From the NCBI GenBank assembly GCA_964247055.1, contig OZ176050.1:1736001-1800000 (forward strand): a DNA stretch of 64,000 bases, read 5' to 3'. The DNA comes from Paragordius varius (taxonomy: Eukaryota > Animalia > Nematomorpha). The notes below the pieces were generated by a model that ran no database searches, was not told the origin of the DNA, and saw nothing but the letters and a program-made list of their open reading frames with translations. Every line of letters starts with the position of its first letter. The first letter of the stretch is position 1. Below, one piece after another: positions 42,271-57,226 of the stretch. The translations under genes were made by a program, and so were the position numbers.

Positions 42271-45200
42271 TTTGACAAAATCGATTTTTACAACGATACT
42301 TTAAAAATTAATGTATTAAACTAGTCGCTATACTCAAGTTAAACTTTGTCCTTAAAAATCGGATTTTGGTCACCAGTGAACAAAATTATTTTCTATACAT
42401 TCTCTTAGTAAGACTACATCAAAATGTTGAGATAGTTTGACAAACTCTATCATATCCGATTTTTACAACGATACTTTAAAAATTAATGTATTGAACTAGT
42501 CGCATCAATACTCAAGTTAAACTTTGTCCTTAAAAATCGGATTTTGGTCACCAGTGAACAAAATTATTTTCTATACATTCTCTTAGTAAGACTACATCAA
42601 AATGTTGAGATAGTTTGACAAACTCTTTCATATCTGATTTTTACAACGATACTTTAAAAATGTGTTAAACTAGTCGCATCAATACTCAAGTTAAACTTTG
42701 TCCTTAAAAATCGGATATTGGTCACCGGTGAACAAAATTATTTTTTATACATTCTCTTAGCAAGACTACATCAAAATATAGAGATAGTTTGACAAACTCT
42801 TTCATATCCGATTTTTACAACGATACTTTATAAATTAATGTATTAAACTAGTCTCATCAATACTCAAATTAAACTTTGTCCTTAAAAATCGATATTGGTC
42901 ACCGGTGAACAAAATTATTTTTTATATATTCTCTTAGTAGGACTACATCAAAATATAGAGATAGTTTGGCAAACTCTTTCATATCCGATTTTTACAACGA
43001 TACTTTATAAATTAATGTATAAAACTAGTCGTATCAATAAATCGCATCAATACTCAAGTTAAACTTTGTCCTTAAAAATCGGATATTAGTCACCGGTGAA
43101 CAAAATTATTTTATATACATTCTCTTAGTAGGACTACATCAAAATATAGAGATAGTTTGGCAAACTCTTTCATATCCGATTTTTACAACGATACTTTAAA
43201 AATTAATGTATAAAACTAGTCGCATCAATGCTCAAGTTAAACTTTGTCCTTAAAAATCGAATATTGGTCACCGGTGAACAAAATATTTTTTATACATTTT
43301 AGCAAGACTACATCAAAATATAGAGATAGTTTGACAAACTCTTTCATATCCGATTTTTACAACGATACTTTAAAAATTAATGTATAAAACTAGTCGCATC
43401 AATACTCAAGTTAAACTTTGTCCTTAAAAATCGGATATTGGTCACTGGTGAACAAAATTATTTTTTATACATTCTCTTAGTAAGACTACATCAAAATATA
43501 AAGATAGTTTGACAAACTCTTTCATATCCGATTTTTACAACGATACTATAAAAATTAATGTACTCAAGTTAAATTTTGTCCTTAAAAATGGGATATTGGT
43601 CACCGGTGAACAAAACTATTTTTTATACATTCTCTTAGTAAGACTACATCAAAATATAGAGATAGTTTGACAAACTATTTCATATCCGATTTTTACAACG
43701 ATACATTAGAAATTAATGTATAAAACTAATCGCATCAATACTCAAGTTAAACTTTGTCCTTAAAAATCGGATATTGGCCATCGGTGAACAAAATTATTTT
43801 TTATACATTCTCTTAGTAGCACTACATCAAAATATAGAGATAGTTTGGCAAACTTTTTCATAATCGATTTTTACAACGATACTTTAAAAATTAATGTATA
43901 AAACTAGTCGCATCAATACTCAAGTTAAACTTTGTCCTTAAAAATCGGATATTGGTCACCGGTGAACAAAATTATTTTTTATACGTTCTCTTAGTAGGAC
44001 TACATCAAAATATAGAGATAGTTTGGCAAACTCTTTCATATCCGATTTTTACAACGATACTTTAAAAATTAAGGTATAAAACTAGTCGCATCAATACTGA
44101 AGTTAAACTTTGTTCTTAAAAATCGGATATTGGTCACCGGTGAACAAAATTATTTTTTATACATTCTTTTAGTAAGACTAGATCAAAATATAGAGATAGT
44201 TTGACAAACTCTTTCATATCCGATTTTTACAACGATACTTTAAAAATTAATGTATAAAACTAGTCGTATCAATAAATCGCATCAATACTCAAGTTAAACT
44301 TTGTCCTTAAAAATCGGATATTGGTCACCGGTGAACAAAATTATTTTTTATACATTGTCTTAGTAGGACTACATCAAAATATAGAGATAGTTTGACAAAC
44401 TCTTTCTTATCCGATTTTTACAACGATACTTTAAAAATTATGGAATTAAACCAGTCGCATCAATACTCAAGTTCCTTGTCCTTAAAAATCGGATATTGGC
44501 CATCGGTGAACAAAATTATTTTTTATACATTCTCTTAGTAGCACTACATCAAAATATAGAGATAGTTTGGCAAACTTTTTCATAATCGATTTTAACAACG
44601 ATACTTTAAAAATTTATGTATAAAACTAGTCGCATCAATACTCAAGTTAAACGTTGTCCTTAAAAATCGGATATTGGTCACCGGTGAACAAAATTATTTT
44701 TTATACGTTCTCTTAGTAGGACTACATCAAAATATAGAGATAGTTTGGCAAACTCTTTCATATCCGATTTTTACAACGATACTTTAAAAATTAAGGTATA
44801 AAACTAGTCCCATCAATACTGAAGTTAAACTTTGTTCTTAAAAATCGGATATTGGTCACCGGTGAACAAAATTATTTTTTATACATTCTTTTAGTAAGAC
44901 TACATCAAAATATAGAGATAGTTTGACAAACTCTTTCATATCCGATTTTTACAACGATACTTTAAAAATTAATGTATAACACTAGTCGTATCAATAAATC
45001 GCATCAATACTCAAGTTAAACTTTGTCCTTAAAAATCGGATATTGGTCACCGGTGAACAAAATTATTTTTTATACATTGTCTTAGTAGGACTACATCAAA
45101 ATATAGAGATAGTTTGACAAACTCTTTCTTATCCGATTTTTACAACGATACTTTAAAAATTATGGAATTAAACCAGTCGCATCCATACTCAAGTTAAACC

Positions 45201-47560
45201 TTGTCCTTAAAAATCGGATATTGGTCACCGGTGAACAAAATTATTTTTTATACATTCTCTTAGTAGGACTACATCAAAATATAGAGATAGTTTGGCAAAC
45301 TCTTTCATATCCGATTTTTACAACGATACTTTAAAAATTATGGTATTAAACCAGTCGCATCAATACTCAAGTTAAACTTTGTCCTTAAAAATCGGATATT
45401 GGTCTCCGGTGAACAAAATTATTTTTTATACATTCTCTTAGTAAGACTACATCAAAATATAAAAATAGTTTGACAAATTCTTTCATATCCGATTTTTACA
45501 ACGATACTTTATAAATTATGGTATTAAACCAGTCGCATCAATACTCAAGTTAAACTTTGTCCTTAAAAATCGGATATTGGTCACCGGTGAACAAAATTAT
45601 TTTTTATACGTTCTCTTAGTAGGACTACATCAAAATATAGAGATAGTTTGGCAAACTCTTTCATATCCGATTTTTACAACGATACTTTAAAAATTAAGGT
45701 ATAAAACTAGTCGCATCAATACTGAAGTTAAACTTTGTCCTTAAAAATCGGATATTGGTCACCGGTGAACAAAATTATTTTTTATACATTCTTTTAGTAA
45801 GACTACATCAAAATATAGAGATAGTTTGACAAACTCTTTCATATCCGATTTTTACAACGATACTTTAAAAATTAATGTATAAAACTAGTCGTATCAATAA
45901 ATCGCATCAATACTCAAGTTAAACTTTGTCCTTAAAAATCGGATATTGGTCACCGGTGAACAAAATTATTTTTTATACATTGTCTTAGTAGGACTACATC
46001 AAAATATAGAGATAGTTTGACAAACTCTTTCTTATCCGATTTTTACAACGATACTTTAAAAATTATGGAATTAAACCAGTCGCATCAATACTCAAGTTAA
46101 ACCTTGTCCTTAAAAATCGGATATTGGTCACCGGTGAACAAAATTATTTTTTATACATTCTCTTAGTAGGACTACATCAAAATATAGAGATAGTTTGGCA
46201 AACTCTTTCATATCCGATTTTTACAACGATACTTTATAAATTATGGTATTAAACCAGTCGCATCAATACTCAAGTTAAACTTTGTCCTTAAAAATCGGAT
46301 ATTGGTCACCGGTGAACAAAACTATTTTTTATACATTCTCTTGGTAAGACTACATCAAAATATAGAGATAGTTTGACAAACTCTTTCATATCCGATTTTT
46401 ACAACGATACTTTAAAAATTAATGTATTAAACTAGTCGCAACAATACTCAAGTTAAACTTTGTCCTTTAAAATCGGATATTGATCACCGGTGAACAAAAT
46501 TATTTTTTATACATTCTCTTAGTAAGACTACATCAAAATATAGAAATAGTTTGACAAACTCTTTCATATCCGATTTTTACAACGATACTTTAAAAATTAA
46601 TGTATTAAACTAGTCGCATCAATACTCAAGTTAAACTTTGTCCTTAAAAATCGGATATTGGTCACCGGTGAACAAAATTATTTTTTATACATTCTCTTAG
46701 CAAGACTATATCAAAATATAGAGATAGTTTGACAAACTCCATATCCGATTTTTACAACGATACTTTAAAAATTAATGTATAAAACTAGTCGTATCAATAA
46801 ATCGCATCAATACTCAAGTTAAACTTTGTGCTTAAAAATCGGATATTGGTCACCGGTGAACAAAATTATTTTTTATACATTCTCTTAATAGGACTACATC
46901 AAAATATAGAAGTTTGGCAAACTCTTTCATATCCGATTTTTACAACGATACTTTAAAAATTATGGTATTAAACCAGTCGCATCAATACTCAAGTTAAACT
47001 TTGTCCTTAAAAATCGGATATTGGTCACCGGTGAACAAAATTATTTTTTATACATTCTCTTAGTAAGACTACATCAAAATATAGAGATAGTTTGACAAAT
47101 TCATTCATATCCGATTTTTACAACGATATTTTAAAAATTATTAAAACTAGTCGCAATACTCAAGTTAAACTTTGTCCTTAAAAATCGGATATTGGTCACC
47201 TGTGACCAAAATTATTTTTTATACATTCTCTTAGCAAGACTATATAAAAATATAGAGATAGTTTGACAAACTCTTTCATATCCGATTTTTACAACGATAC
47301 TTTAAAAATTAATGTATAAAACTAGTCGTATCAATAAGTCGCATCAATACTCAAGTCAAATTTTGTCCTTAAAAATGGGATATTGATCATCGGTGAACAA
47401 AACTATTTTTTATACATTCTCTTAGCAAGACTACATCAAAATATTGAGATAGTTTGATTGACAAACTCTTTCATATCCGATTTTTACAACGATACTTTAA
47501 AAATTAATGTATTAAAATAGTCGCATCAATACTCAAGTTAAACTTTGTCCTTAAAAATCC

Positions 47561-50500
47561 GATATTGGTCACCGGTGAACAAAATTATTTTTTATACATT
47601 CTCTTAGCAAGACTACATCAAAATATAGAGATAGTTTGATTGACAAACTCTTTCATATCCGATTTTTACAACGATACTTTAAATGTATAAAACTAGTCGT
47701 ATAAATAAATCGCATCAATACTCAAGTTAAACTTTGTTCTTAAAAATCGGATATTGGTCACCGGTGACCAAAATTATTTTTTATACATTCTCTTAGCAAG
47801 ACTACATGAAAATATAGAGATAGTTTGACAAACTCTTTCATATCTGATTTTTTGAACGATACTTTAAAAATTAATGTATAAAAGTAGTCGCATCAATACT
47901 CAAGTCAAATTTTGTCCTTAAAAATGGGATATTGGTCACCGGTGAACAAAATTATTTTTTATACATTCTCTTAGTAAGACTACATCAAAATATAGAAATA
48001 GTTTGACAAACTCTTTCATATCCGATTTTTACAACGATACTTTAAAAATTAATGTATAAAACTAGTCGCATCAATACTCAAGTTAAACTTTGTCCTTAAA
48101 AATCGGATATTGGTCACCGGTGAACAAAATTATTTTTTATACATTCTCTTAGCAAGACTACATCAAAATATAGAGATAGTTTGACAAACTCTTTCATATC
48201 CGAATTTTACAACGATACTTTAAAAATTAATGTATAAAACCAGTCGTATCAATAAATCGCATCAATACTCAAGTTAACCTTTGTCCTTAAAAATCCGATA
48301 TTGGTCACCGGTGAACAAAATTATTTTTTATACATTCTCTTAGCAAGACTACATCAAAATATAGAGATAGTTTGATTGACAAACTCTTTTATATCCGATT
48401 TTTACAACGATACTTTAAATGTATAAAACTAGTCGTATAAATAAATCGCATCAATACTCAAGTTAAACTTTGTCCTTAAAAATCGGATATTGGTCACCGG
48501 TGAACAAAATTATTTTTTATACATTCTCTTAGCAAGACTACATCAAAATATAGAGATAGTTTGATTGACAAACTCTTTCATATCCGATTTTTACAACGAT
48601 ACTTTAAAAATTAATGTATAAAAGTAGTCGCATCAATACTCAAGTCAAATTTTGTCCTTAAAAATGGGATATTGGTCACCGGTGAACAAAATTATTTTTT
48701 ATACAATCTCTTAGTAAGACTACATTAAAATATAGAAATAGTTTGACAAACTCTTTCATATCCGATTTTTACAACGATACTTTAAAAATTAATGTATAAA
48801 ACTAGTCGCATCAATACTCAAGTTAAACTTTGTCCTTAAAAATCGAATGTTGGTCACAGGTGAACAAAATTATTTTTTATACATTCTCTTAGCAAGACTA
48901 CATCAAAATATAGAGATAGTTTGACAAACTCTTTCATATCCGATTTTTACAACGATACTTTAAAAATTAATGTATAAAACTAGTTGTATCAATAAATCGC
49001 ATCAATACTCAAGTTAAACTTTGTCCTTAATAATCGGATATTGGTCACCGGTGAACAAAACTATTTTTTATACATTCTCTTAGTAGGACTACATCAAAAT
49101 ATAGAGATAGTTTGGCAAACTCTTTCATATCCGATTTTTACAACGATACTTTAAAAATTATGGTATTAAACCAGTCGCATCAATACTCAAGTTAAACTTT
49201 GTCCTTTAATATCGGATATTGGTCACCGGTGAACAAAACTATTTTTTATACATTCTCTTAGTAAGACTACATCAAAATATAGAGATAATTTGACAAATTC
49301 TTTCATATCCGATTTTTACAACGATATTTAAAAATTAATGTATAAAACTAGTCGTATCAATAAATCGCATCAATACTCAAGTTAAACTTTGTCCTTAATA
49401 ATCGGATATTGGTCACCGGTGAACAAAACTATTTTTTATACATTCTCTTAGTAGGACTACATCAAAATATAGAGATAGTTTGGCAAACTCTTTCATATCC
49501 GATTTTTACAACGATACTTTAAAAATTATGGTATTAAACCAGTCGCATCAATACTCAAGTTAAACTTTGTCCTTTAAAATCGGATATTGGTCACCGGTGA
49601 ACAAAACTATTTTTTATACATTCTCTTAGTAAGACTACATCAAAATATAGAGATAGTTTGACAAACTCTTTCATATCCGAATTTTACAACGATACTTTAA
49701 AAATTAATGTATAAAACCAGTCGTATCAATAAATCGCATCAATACTCAAGTTAAACTTTGTCCTTAAAAATCCGATATTGGTCACCGGTGAACAAAATTA
49801 TTTTTTATACATTCTCTTAGCAAGACTACATCAAAATATAGAGATAGTTTGATTGACAAACTCTTTTATATCCGATTTTTACAACGATACTTTAAATGTA
49901 TAAAACTAGTCGTATAAATAAATCGCATCAATACTCAAGTTAAACTTTGTCCTTAAAAATCGGATATTGGTCACCGGTGAACAAAATTATTTTTTATACA
50001 TTCTCTTAGCAAGACTACATCAAAATATAGAGATAGTTTGATTGACAAACTCTTTCATATCCGATTTTTACAACGATACTTTAAAAATTAATGTATAAAA
50101 GTAGTCGCATCAATACTCAAGTCAAATTTTGTCCTTAAAAATGGGATATTGGTCACCGGTGAACAAAATTATTTTTTATACAATCTCTTAGTAAGACTAC
50201 ATTAAAATATAGAAATAGTTTGACAAACTCTTTCATATCCGATTTTTACAACGATACTTTAAAAATTAATGTATTAAAATAGTCGCATCAATACTCAAGT
50301 TAAACTTTGTCCTTAAAAATCGGATATTGGTCACCGGTGAACAAAATTATTTTTTATACATTCTCTTAGCAAGACTACATCAAAATATAGAGATAGTTTG
50401 ACAAACTCTTTCATATCCGAATTTTACAACGATACTTTAAAAATTAATGTATAAAACTAGTCGTATCAATAAATCGCATCAATACTCAAGTTAAACTTTG

Positions 50501-53500
50501 TCCTTGAAAATCGGATATTGGTCACCGGTGAACAAAATTATTTTTTATACATTCTCTTAGTAGGACTACATCAAAATATAGAGATAGTTTGGCAAACTCT
50601 TTCATATCCGATTTTTACAATGATACTTTAAAAATTAATGTATAAAACTAGTCGCATCAATACTCAAGTTAAACTTTGTCCTTAAAAATCGAATATTGGT
50701 CACCGGTGAACAAAATTATTATTTATACATTCTCTTAGCAAGACTACATCAAAATATAGAGATAGTTTGACAAACTCTTTCATATCCGATTTTTACAACG
50801 ATACTTTAAAAATTAATGTATAAAACTAGTTGTATCAATAAATCGCATCAATACTCAAGTTAAACTTTGTCCTTAATAATCGGATATTGGTCACCGGTGA
50901 ACAAAACTATTTTTTATGCATTCTCTTAGTAGGACTACATCAAAATATAGAGATAGTTTGGCAAACTCTTTCATATCCGATTTTTACAACGATACTTTAA
51001 AAATTATGGTATTAAACCAGTCGCATCAATACTCAAGTTAAACTTTGTCCTTTAAAATCGGATATTGGTCACCGGTGAACAAAACTATTTTTTATACATT
51101 CTCTTAGTAAGACTACATCAAAATATAGAGATAATTTGACAAATTCTTTCATATCCGATTTTTACAACGATATTTAAAAATTAATGTATAAAACTAGTCG
51201 TATCAATAAATCGCATCAATACTCAAGTTAAACTTTGTGCTTAAAAATCGGATATTGGTCACCGGTGAACAAAATTATTTTTTATACATTCTCTTAGTAG
51301 GACTACATAAAAATATAGAGATAGTTTGAACTTTTTCATAATCGATTTTTACAACGATACTTTAAAAATTAATGTATAAAAGTAGTCGCATCAATACTCA
51401 AGTCAAATTTTGTCCTTAAAAATGGGATATTGGTCACCGGTGAACAAAATTATTTTTTATACATTCTCTTAGTAAGACTACATTAAAATATAGAAATAGT
51501 TTGACAAACTCTTTCATATCCGATTTTTACAACGATACTTTAAAAATTAATGTATAAAAGTAGTCGCATCAATACTCAAGTCAAATTTTGTCCTTAAAAA
51601 TGGGATATTGGTCACCGGTGAACAAAATTATTTTTTATACATTCTCTTAGCAAGACTACATCAAAATATAGAGATAGTTTGACAAACTCTTTCATATCCG
51701 ATTTTTACAACGATACTTTAAAAATTAATGTATAAAACCAGTCGTATCAATAAATCGCATCAATACTCAAGTTAAACTTTGTCCTTGAAAATCGGATATT
51801 GGTCACCGGTGAACAAAATTATTTTTTATACATTCTCTTAGTAGGACTACATCAAAATATAGAGATAGTTTGGCAAACTCTTTCATATCCGATTTTTACA
51901 ATGATACTTTAAAAATTAATGTATAAAACTAGTCGCATCAATACTCAAGTTAAACTTTGTCCTTAAAAATCGAATATTGGTCACCGGTGAACAAAATTAT
52001 TATTTATACATTCTCTTAGCAAGACTACATCAAAATATAGAGATAATTTGACAAATTCTTTCATATCCGATTTTTACAACGATATTTAAAAATTAATGTA
52101 TAAAACTAGTCGTATCAATAAATCGCATCAATACTCAAGTTAAACTTTGTGCTTAAAAATCGGATATTGGTCACCGGTGAACAAAATTATTTTTTATACA
52201 TTCTCTTAGTAGGACTACATAAAAATATAGAGATAGTTTGAACTTTTTCATAATCGATTTTTACAACGATACTTTAAAAATTAATGTATAAAAGTAGTCG
52301 CATCAATACTCAAGTCAAATTTTGTCCTTAAAAATGGGATATTGGTCACCGGTGAACAAAATTATTTTTTATACATTCTCTTAGTAAGACTACATTAAAA
52401 TATAGAAATAGTTTGACAAACTCTTTCATATCCGATTTTTACAACGATACTTTAAAAATTATGGTATTAAACCAGTCGCATCAATACTCAAGTTAAACTT
52501 TGTCCTTTAAAATCGGATATTGGTCACCGGTGAACAAAACTATTTTTTATACATTCTCTTAGTAAGACTACATCAAAATATAGAGATAATTTGACAAATT
52601 CTTTCATATCCGATTTTTACAACGATATTTAAAAATTAATGTATAAAACTAGTCGTATCAATAAATCGCATCAATACTCAAGTTAAACTTTGTGCTTAAA
52701 AATCGGATATTGGTCACCGGTGAACAAAATTATTTTTTATACATTCTCTTAGTAGGACTACATAAAAATATAGAGATAGTTTGAACTTTTTCATAATCGA
52801 TTTTTACAACGATACTTTAAAAATTAATGTATAAAAGTAGTCGCATCAATACTCAAGTCAAATTTTGTCCTTAAAAATGGGATATTGGTCACCGGTGAAC
52901 AAAATTATTTTTTATACATTCTCTTAGTAAGACTACATTAAAATATAGAAATAGTTTGACAAACTCTTTCATATCCGATTTTTACAACGATACTTTAAAA
53001 ATTAATGTATAAAAGTAGTCGCATCAATACTCAAGTCAAATTTTGTCCTTAAAAATGGGATATTGGTCACCGGTGAACAAAATTATTTTTTATACATTCT
53101 CTTAGCAAGACTACATCAAAATATAGAGATAGTTTGATTGACAAACTCTTTCATATCCGATTTTTACAACGATACTTTAAATGTATAAAACTAGTCGTAT
53201 AAATAAATCGCATCAATACTCAAGTTAAACTTTGTTCTTAAAAATCGGATATTGGTCACCGGTGACCAAAATTATTTTTTATACATTCTCTTAGCAAGAC
53301 TACATGAAAATATAGAGATAGTTTGACAAACTCTTTCATATCTGATTTTTTGAACGATACTTTAAAAATTAATGTATAAAAGTAGTCGCATCAATACTCA
53401 AGTCAAATTTTGTCCTTAAAAATGGGATATTGGTCACCGGTGAACAAAATTATTTTTTATACATTCTCTTAGTAAGACTACATCAAAATATAGAAATAGT

Positions 53501-56500
53501 TTGACAAACTCTTTCATATCCGATTTTTACAACGATACTTTAAAAATTAATGTATAAAACTAGTCGCATCAATACTCAAGTTAAACTTTGTCCTTAAAAA
53601 TCGGATATTGGTCACCGGTGAACAAAATTATTTTTTATACATTCTCTTAGCAAGACTACATCAAAATATAGAGATAGTTTGACAAACTCTTTCATATCCG
53701 AATTTTACAACGATACTTTAAAAATTAATGTATAAAACCAGTCGTATCAATAAATCGCATCAATACTCAAGTTAACCTTTGTCCTTAAAAATCCGATATT
53801 GGTCACCGGTGAACAAAATTATTTTTTATACATTCTCTTAGCAAGACTACATCAAAATATAGAGATAGTTTGATTGACAAACTCTTTTATATCCGATTTT
53901 TACAACGATACTTTAAATGTATAAAACTAGTCGTATAAATAAATCGCATCAATACTCAAGTTAAACTTTGTCCTTAAAAATCGGATATTGGTCACCGGTG
54001 AACAAAATTATTTTTTATACATTCTCTTAGCAAGACTACATCAAAATATAGAGATAGTTTGATTGACAAACTCTTTCATATCCGATTTTTACAACGATAC
54101 TTTAAAAATTAATGTATAAAAGTAGTCGCATCAATACTCAAGTCAAATTTTGTCCTTAAAAATGGGATATTGGTCACCGGTGAACAAAATTATTTTTTAT
54201 ACAATCTCTTAGTAAGACTACATTAAAATATAGAAATAGTTTGACAAACTCTTTCATATCCGATTTTTACAACGATACTTTAAAAATTAATGTATAAAAC
54301 TAGTCGCATCAATACTCAAGTTAAACTTTGTCCTTAAAAATCGAATGTTGGTCACAGGTGAACAAAATTATTTTTTATACATTCTCTTAGCAAGACTACA
54401 TCAAAATATAGAGATAGTTTGACAAACTCTTTCATATCCGATTTTTACAACGATACTTTAAAAATTAATGTATAAAACTAGTTGTATCAATAAATCGCAT
54501 CAATACTCAAGTTAAACTTTGTCCTTAATAATCGGATATTGGTCACCGGTGAACAAAACTATTTTTTATACATTCTCTTAGTAGGACTACATCAAAATAT
54601 AGAGATAGTTTGGCAAACTCTTTCATATCCGATTTTTACAACGATACTTTAAAAATTATGGTATTAAACCAGTCGCATCAATACTCAAGTTAAACTTTGT
54701 CCTTTAAAATCGGATATTGGTCACCGGTGAACAAAACTATTTTTTATACATTCTCTTAGTAAGACTACATCAAAATATAGAGATAATTTGACAAATTCTT
54801 TCATATCCGATTTTTACAACGATATTTAAAAATTAATGTATAAAACTAGTCGTATCAATAAATCGCATCAATACTCAAGTTAAACTTTGTCCTTAATAAT
54901 CGGATATTGGTCACCGGTGAACAAAACTATTTTTTATACATTCTCTTAGTAGGACTACATCAAAATATAGAGATAGTTTGGCAAACTCTTTCATATCCGA
55001 TTTTTACAACGATACTTTAAAAATTATGGTATTAAACCAGTCGCATCAATACTCAAGTTAAACTTTGTCCTTTAAAATCGGATATTGGTCACCGGTGAAC
55101 AAAACTATTTTTTATACATTCTCTTAGTAAGACTACATCAAAATATAGAGATAGTTTGACAAACTCTTTCATATCCGAATTTTACAACGATACTTTAAAA
55201 ATTAATGTATAAAACCAGTCGTATCAATAAATCGCATCAATACTCAAGTTAAACTTTGTCCTTAAAAATCCGATATTGGTCACCGGTGAACAAAATTATT
55301 TTTTATACATTCTCTTAGCAAGACTACATCAAAATATAGAGATAGTTTGATTGACAAACTCTTTTATATCCGATTTTTACAACGATACTTTAAATGTATA
55401 AAACTAGTCGTATAAATAAATCGCATCAATACTCAAGTTAAACTTTGTCCTTAAAAATCGGATATTGGTCACCGGTGAACAAAATTATTTTTTATACATT
55501 CTCTTAGCAAGACTACATCAAAATATAGAGATAGTTTGATTGACAAACTCTTTCATATCCGATTTTTACAACGATACTTTAAAAATTAATGTATAAAAGT
55601 AGTCGCATCAATACTCAAGTCAAATTTTGTCCTTAAAAATGGGATATTGGTCACCGGTGAACAAAATTATTTTTTATACAATCTCTTAGTAAGACTACAT
55701 TAAAATATAGAAATAGTTTGACAAACTCTTTCATATCCGATTTTTACAACGATACTTTAAAAATTAATGTATTAAAATAGTCGCATCAATACTCAAGTTA
55801 AACTTTGTCCTTAAAAATCGGATATTGGTCACCGGTGAACAAAATTATTTTTTATTTCTCTTAGCAAGACTACATCAAAATATAGAGATAGTTTGACAAA
55901 CTCTTTCATATCCGAATTTTACAACGATACTTTAAAAATTAATGTATAAAACTAGTCGTATCAATAAATCGCATCAATACTCAAGTTAAACTTTGTCCTT
56001 GAAAATCGGATATTGGTCACCGGTGAACAAAATTATTTTTTATACATTCTCTTAGTAGGACTACATCAAAATATAGAGATAGTTTGGCAAACTCTTTCAT
56101 ATCCGATTTTTACAATGATACTTTAAAAATTAATGTATAAAACTAGTCGCATCAATACTCAAGTTAAACTTTGTCCTTAAAAATCGAATATTGGTCACCG
56201 GTGAACAAAATTATTATTTATACATTCTCTTAGCAAGACTACATCAAAATATAGAGATAGTTTGACAAACTCTTTCATATCCGATTTTTACAACGATACT
56301 TTTAAAATTAATGTATAAAACTAGTTGTATCAATAAATCGCATCAATACTCAAGTTAAACTTTGTCCTTAATAATCGGATATTGGTCACCGGTGAACAAA
56401 ACTATTTTTTATGCATTCTCTTAGTAGGACTACATCAAAATATAGAGATAGTTTGGCAAACTCTTTCATATCCGATTTTTACAACGATACTTTAAAAATT

Positions 56501-57226
56501 ATGGTATTAAACCAGTCGCATCAATACTCAAGTTAAACTTTGTCCTTTAAAATCGGATATTGGTCACCGGTGAACAAAACTATTTTTTATACATTCTCTT
56601 AGTAAGACTACATCAAAATATAGAGATAATTTGACAAATTCTTTCATATCCGATTTTTACAACGATATTTAAAAATTAATGTATAAAACTAGTCGTATCA
56701 ATAAATCGCATCAATACTCAAGTTAAACTTTGTGCTTAAAAATCGGATATTGGTCACCGGTGAACAAAATTATTTTTTATACATTCTCTTAGTAGGACTA
56801 CATAAAAATATAGAGATAGTTTGAACTTTTTCATAATCGATTTTTACAACGATACTTTAAAAATTAATGTATAAAAGTAGTCGCATCAATACTCAAGTCA
56901 AATTTTGTCCTTAAAAATGGGATATTGGTCACCGGTGAACAAAATTATTTTTTATACATTCTCTTAGTAAGACTACATTAAAATATAGAAATAGTTTGAC
57001 AAACTCTTTCATATCCGATTTTTACAACGATACTTTAAAAATTAATGTATAAAAGTAGTCGCATCAATACTCAAGTCAAATTTTGTCCTTAAAAATGGGA
57101 TATTGGTCACCGGTGAACAAAATTATTTTTTATACATTCTCTTAGCAAGACTACATCAAAATATAGAGATAGTTTGACAAACTCTTTCATATCCGATTTT
57201 TACAACGATACTTTAAAAATTAATGT
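47561..57226 (+). repeat. Near-identical ~4.17-kb block duplication (47561-51731 and 53059-57226; offset 5498 then 5495)
   Basis: Both blocks share an ordered series of rare variants: GGTGACCAA (47763/53261), CATGAAAA, GAATTTTAC, CAATCTCT, TGTTGGTCACAGG, CCTTAATAATC, TATGCATT and GTTTGAACTTTTT (51324/56819). I saw only three differences by eye. Confidence 0.88.
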
